Shown piece by piece: positions 33,937 to 35,370 of a stretch of DNA of 35,370 nucleotides. Numbering within the stretch: position 1 is the stretch's first letter; each line of letters starts with the position of its first letter. The translations under genes were made by a program, and so were the position numbers. The DNA is from Catajapyx aquilonaris (Eukaryota), in the NCBI GenBank assembly GCA_000934665.2, contig JYFJ02004039.1, positions 1 to 35,370 of the forward strand, in the 5' to 3' direction. The notes under the pieces are model-generated. The model did not search any database. It was given only the letters and a program-made list of their open reading frames with translations, and was not told the DNA's origin.

Positions 33937-35370
33937 ATATTATGCGGGAGCCAAGCTCCCAAGTTACATCGTCAGAGGACGGGCCAGGCTTTGGCTTTTA
34001 GGAGCCTTCTCACCAGTCAGTTCCACCTGCGGCCGATAGGTGGGAGTGCATTGCTTTAGCAGTACTACCTTACGACTAGCTTACGACACTCTCTCGTATT
34101 ATTAATGAAGATATGACTTATTCATTACTCATATTACATTCGACGAGTTATTCTGGTCTACTTCTACTACTATTATTAGATTTCTGTTAAAATTATACTG
34201 CAGTAGGCATACTGCACGCTGCACGAACTGCCCACTGCAAACTACAGTATTGAATTAATTATCTGCCATTTAAATGCACTACCAGCACAATTTCGGACAG
34301 TCTTTTCTTATGAACGTCCGCGATAATATTATGGTCATATATGTTTGCATTTTTGCAGCATATGAAGCTAATAGTTTGGATGATTTTCTCCCCGGAGCCT
34401 TTGGGCGCCTCTTTTTTTTTTTTTGTCTGTTGCTTTCCACCCCGCCCCCCTGTGCATCAGACGAGTGAGTTGTTTCCTGTCGTCTCATGTGCCTTTAAAT
34501 TCAACTCCGGTGCGCTTACATGAAAGCCTTTGACGTGCCGACACTACTCATATTGGAGAACCCTTCAGGAGAGGTGTGGCCAATTTAGTGCGTGGCCAAG
34601 AAAAAACGCGACTCTTTTTTATGGAATGGGTTTCTTATTAGAACGTCCCTCTTTGTGGGTTGTAGGGGAGGTGAACGATGGAATTGATGAATCACGTAAC
34701 TGTTCAATGTTTTTTCGGAGAAATGAGGCGGCAGATATACTTGCCTTCAATATTGAAAAAAAAATCGTTTATCGTTAAAATCGTGGACGTAAGTGCTTTG
34801 TGAATCAATTTTCCTCTTGTTATTAGTGGCCACACACAGGTTATTCCTTTTTATAGCTTGAAGTAGGGTAGTTTTGGCTAATTTGTAACGAGTTATAACG
34901 AAATACTTGATTTTTAGGTTCTAAATATCCCAAAAAGGTCTAACACAGTAAATCTGAATAAAAATACACATTTGAACACCACAATTATTTATCTCGTTTG
35001 TAAAAGGACAGCGTAACACGTAGCTCCATAAACGTTAAATAAAATTTACTTAAAATGTCAGCTTAGAAGGCTTAGAATAATCATTTAAAATTCTACGAGA
35101 TTTTAATACATTATTAATCTACCCAATGCAGGTGACCATTAAGGTACTTTTCGAGTGTACTTGTTGAAATTTTATGATCAGTCAGTGGCATAGTATTGTA
35201 TACGGTATAGACTCAAGAATAGTTCGATGTTGCAAGATATCCCTACCCTCTATTGGAGTCCAACAATATCTTGTACAGTGCGACATCGAGATACATTATT
35301 ACCGGGTGGTGCATCTCTCAATTCTTCACTTCAAGAGCGAAGTATAGGCAGAGAATTTATGGATTGTACA

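Noticed and set aside
26546..35370. Next rhomboid exon (expected to resemble MSGKRxRSFKCAVH)
   Set aside because: No matching sequence with splice sites found by eye; presumed to lie beyond the window.

Overview
AT-rich eukaryotic genomic DNA, probably from an arthropod (insect). The only supportable protein-coding content is three 5' coding exons of a rhomboid-family intramembrane serine protease gene with an EF-hand-like N-terminal region, similar to arthropod rho/stet-type proteins. The exons are on the + strand at 22282-22509, 22791-22814 (a 24-nt microexon) and 26381-26545. The transmembrane-coding exons are not visible and presumably lie beyond the window. The rest is intergenic or intronic DNA dense with non-autonomous transposons: Tc1/mariner-type MITEs and decayed transposases, a piggyBac-like foldback element carrying an inverted pair of Harbinger-like MITEs, two Helitron copies, tRNA-derived SINEs and LINE 3' fragments. 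Nearly all ORFs in the supplied track are spurious. Three unexplained structures stand out. First, two independent back-to-back double palindromes whose hairpin centres all fall on TATA (7561-7668, 32351-32508), which look like repair or excision footprints. Second, a dense nuclear-receptor half-site cluster with a perfect IR-1 ecdysone-response-type element about 5 kb upstream of the coding exons. Third, a three-level nested TE whose empty-site paralog is present in the same window. I see no evidence for a new multi-gene system.
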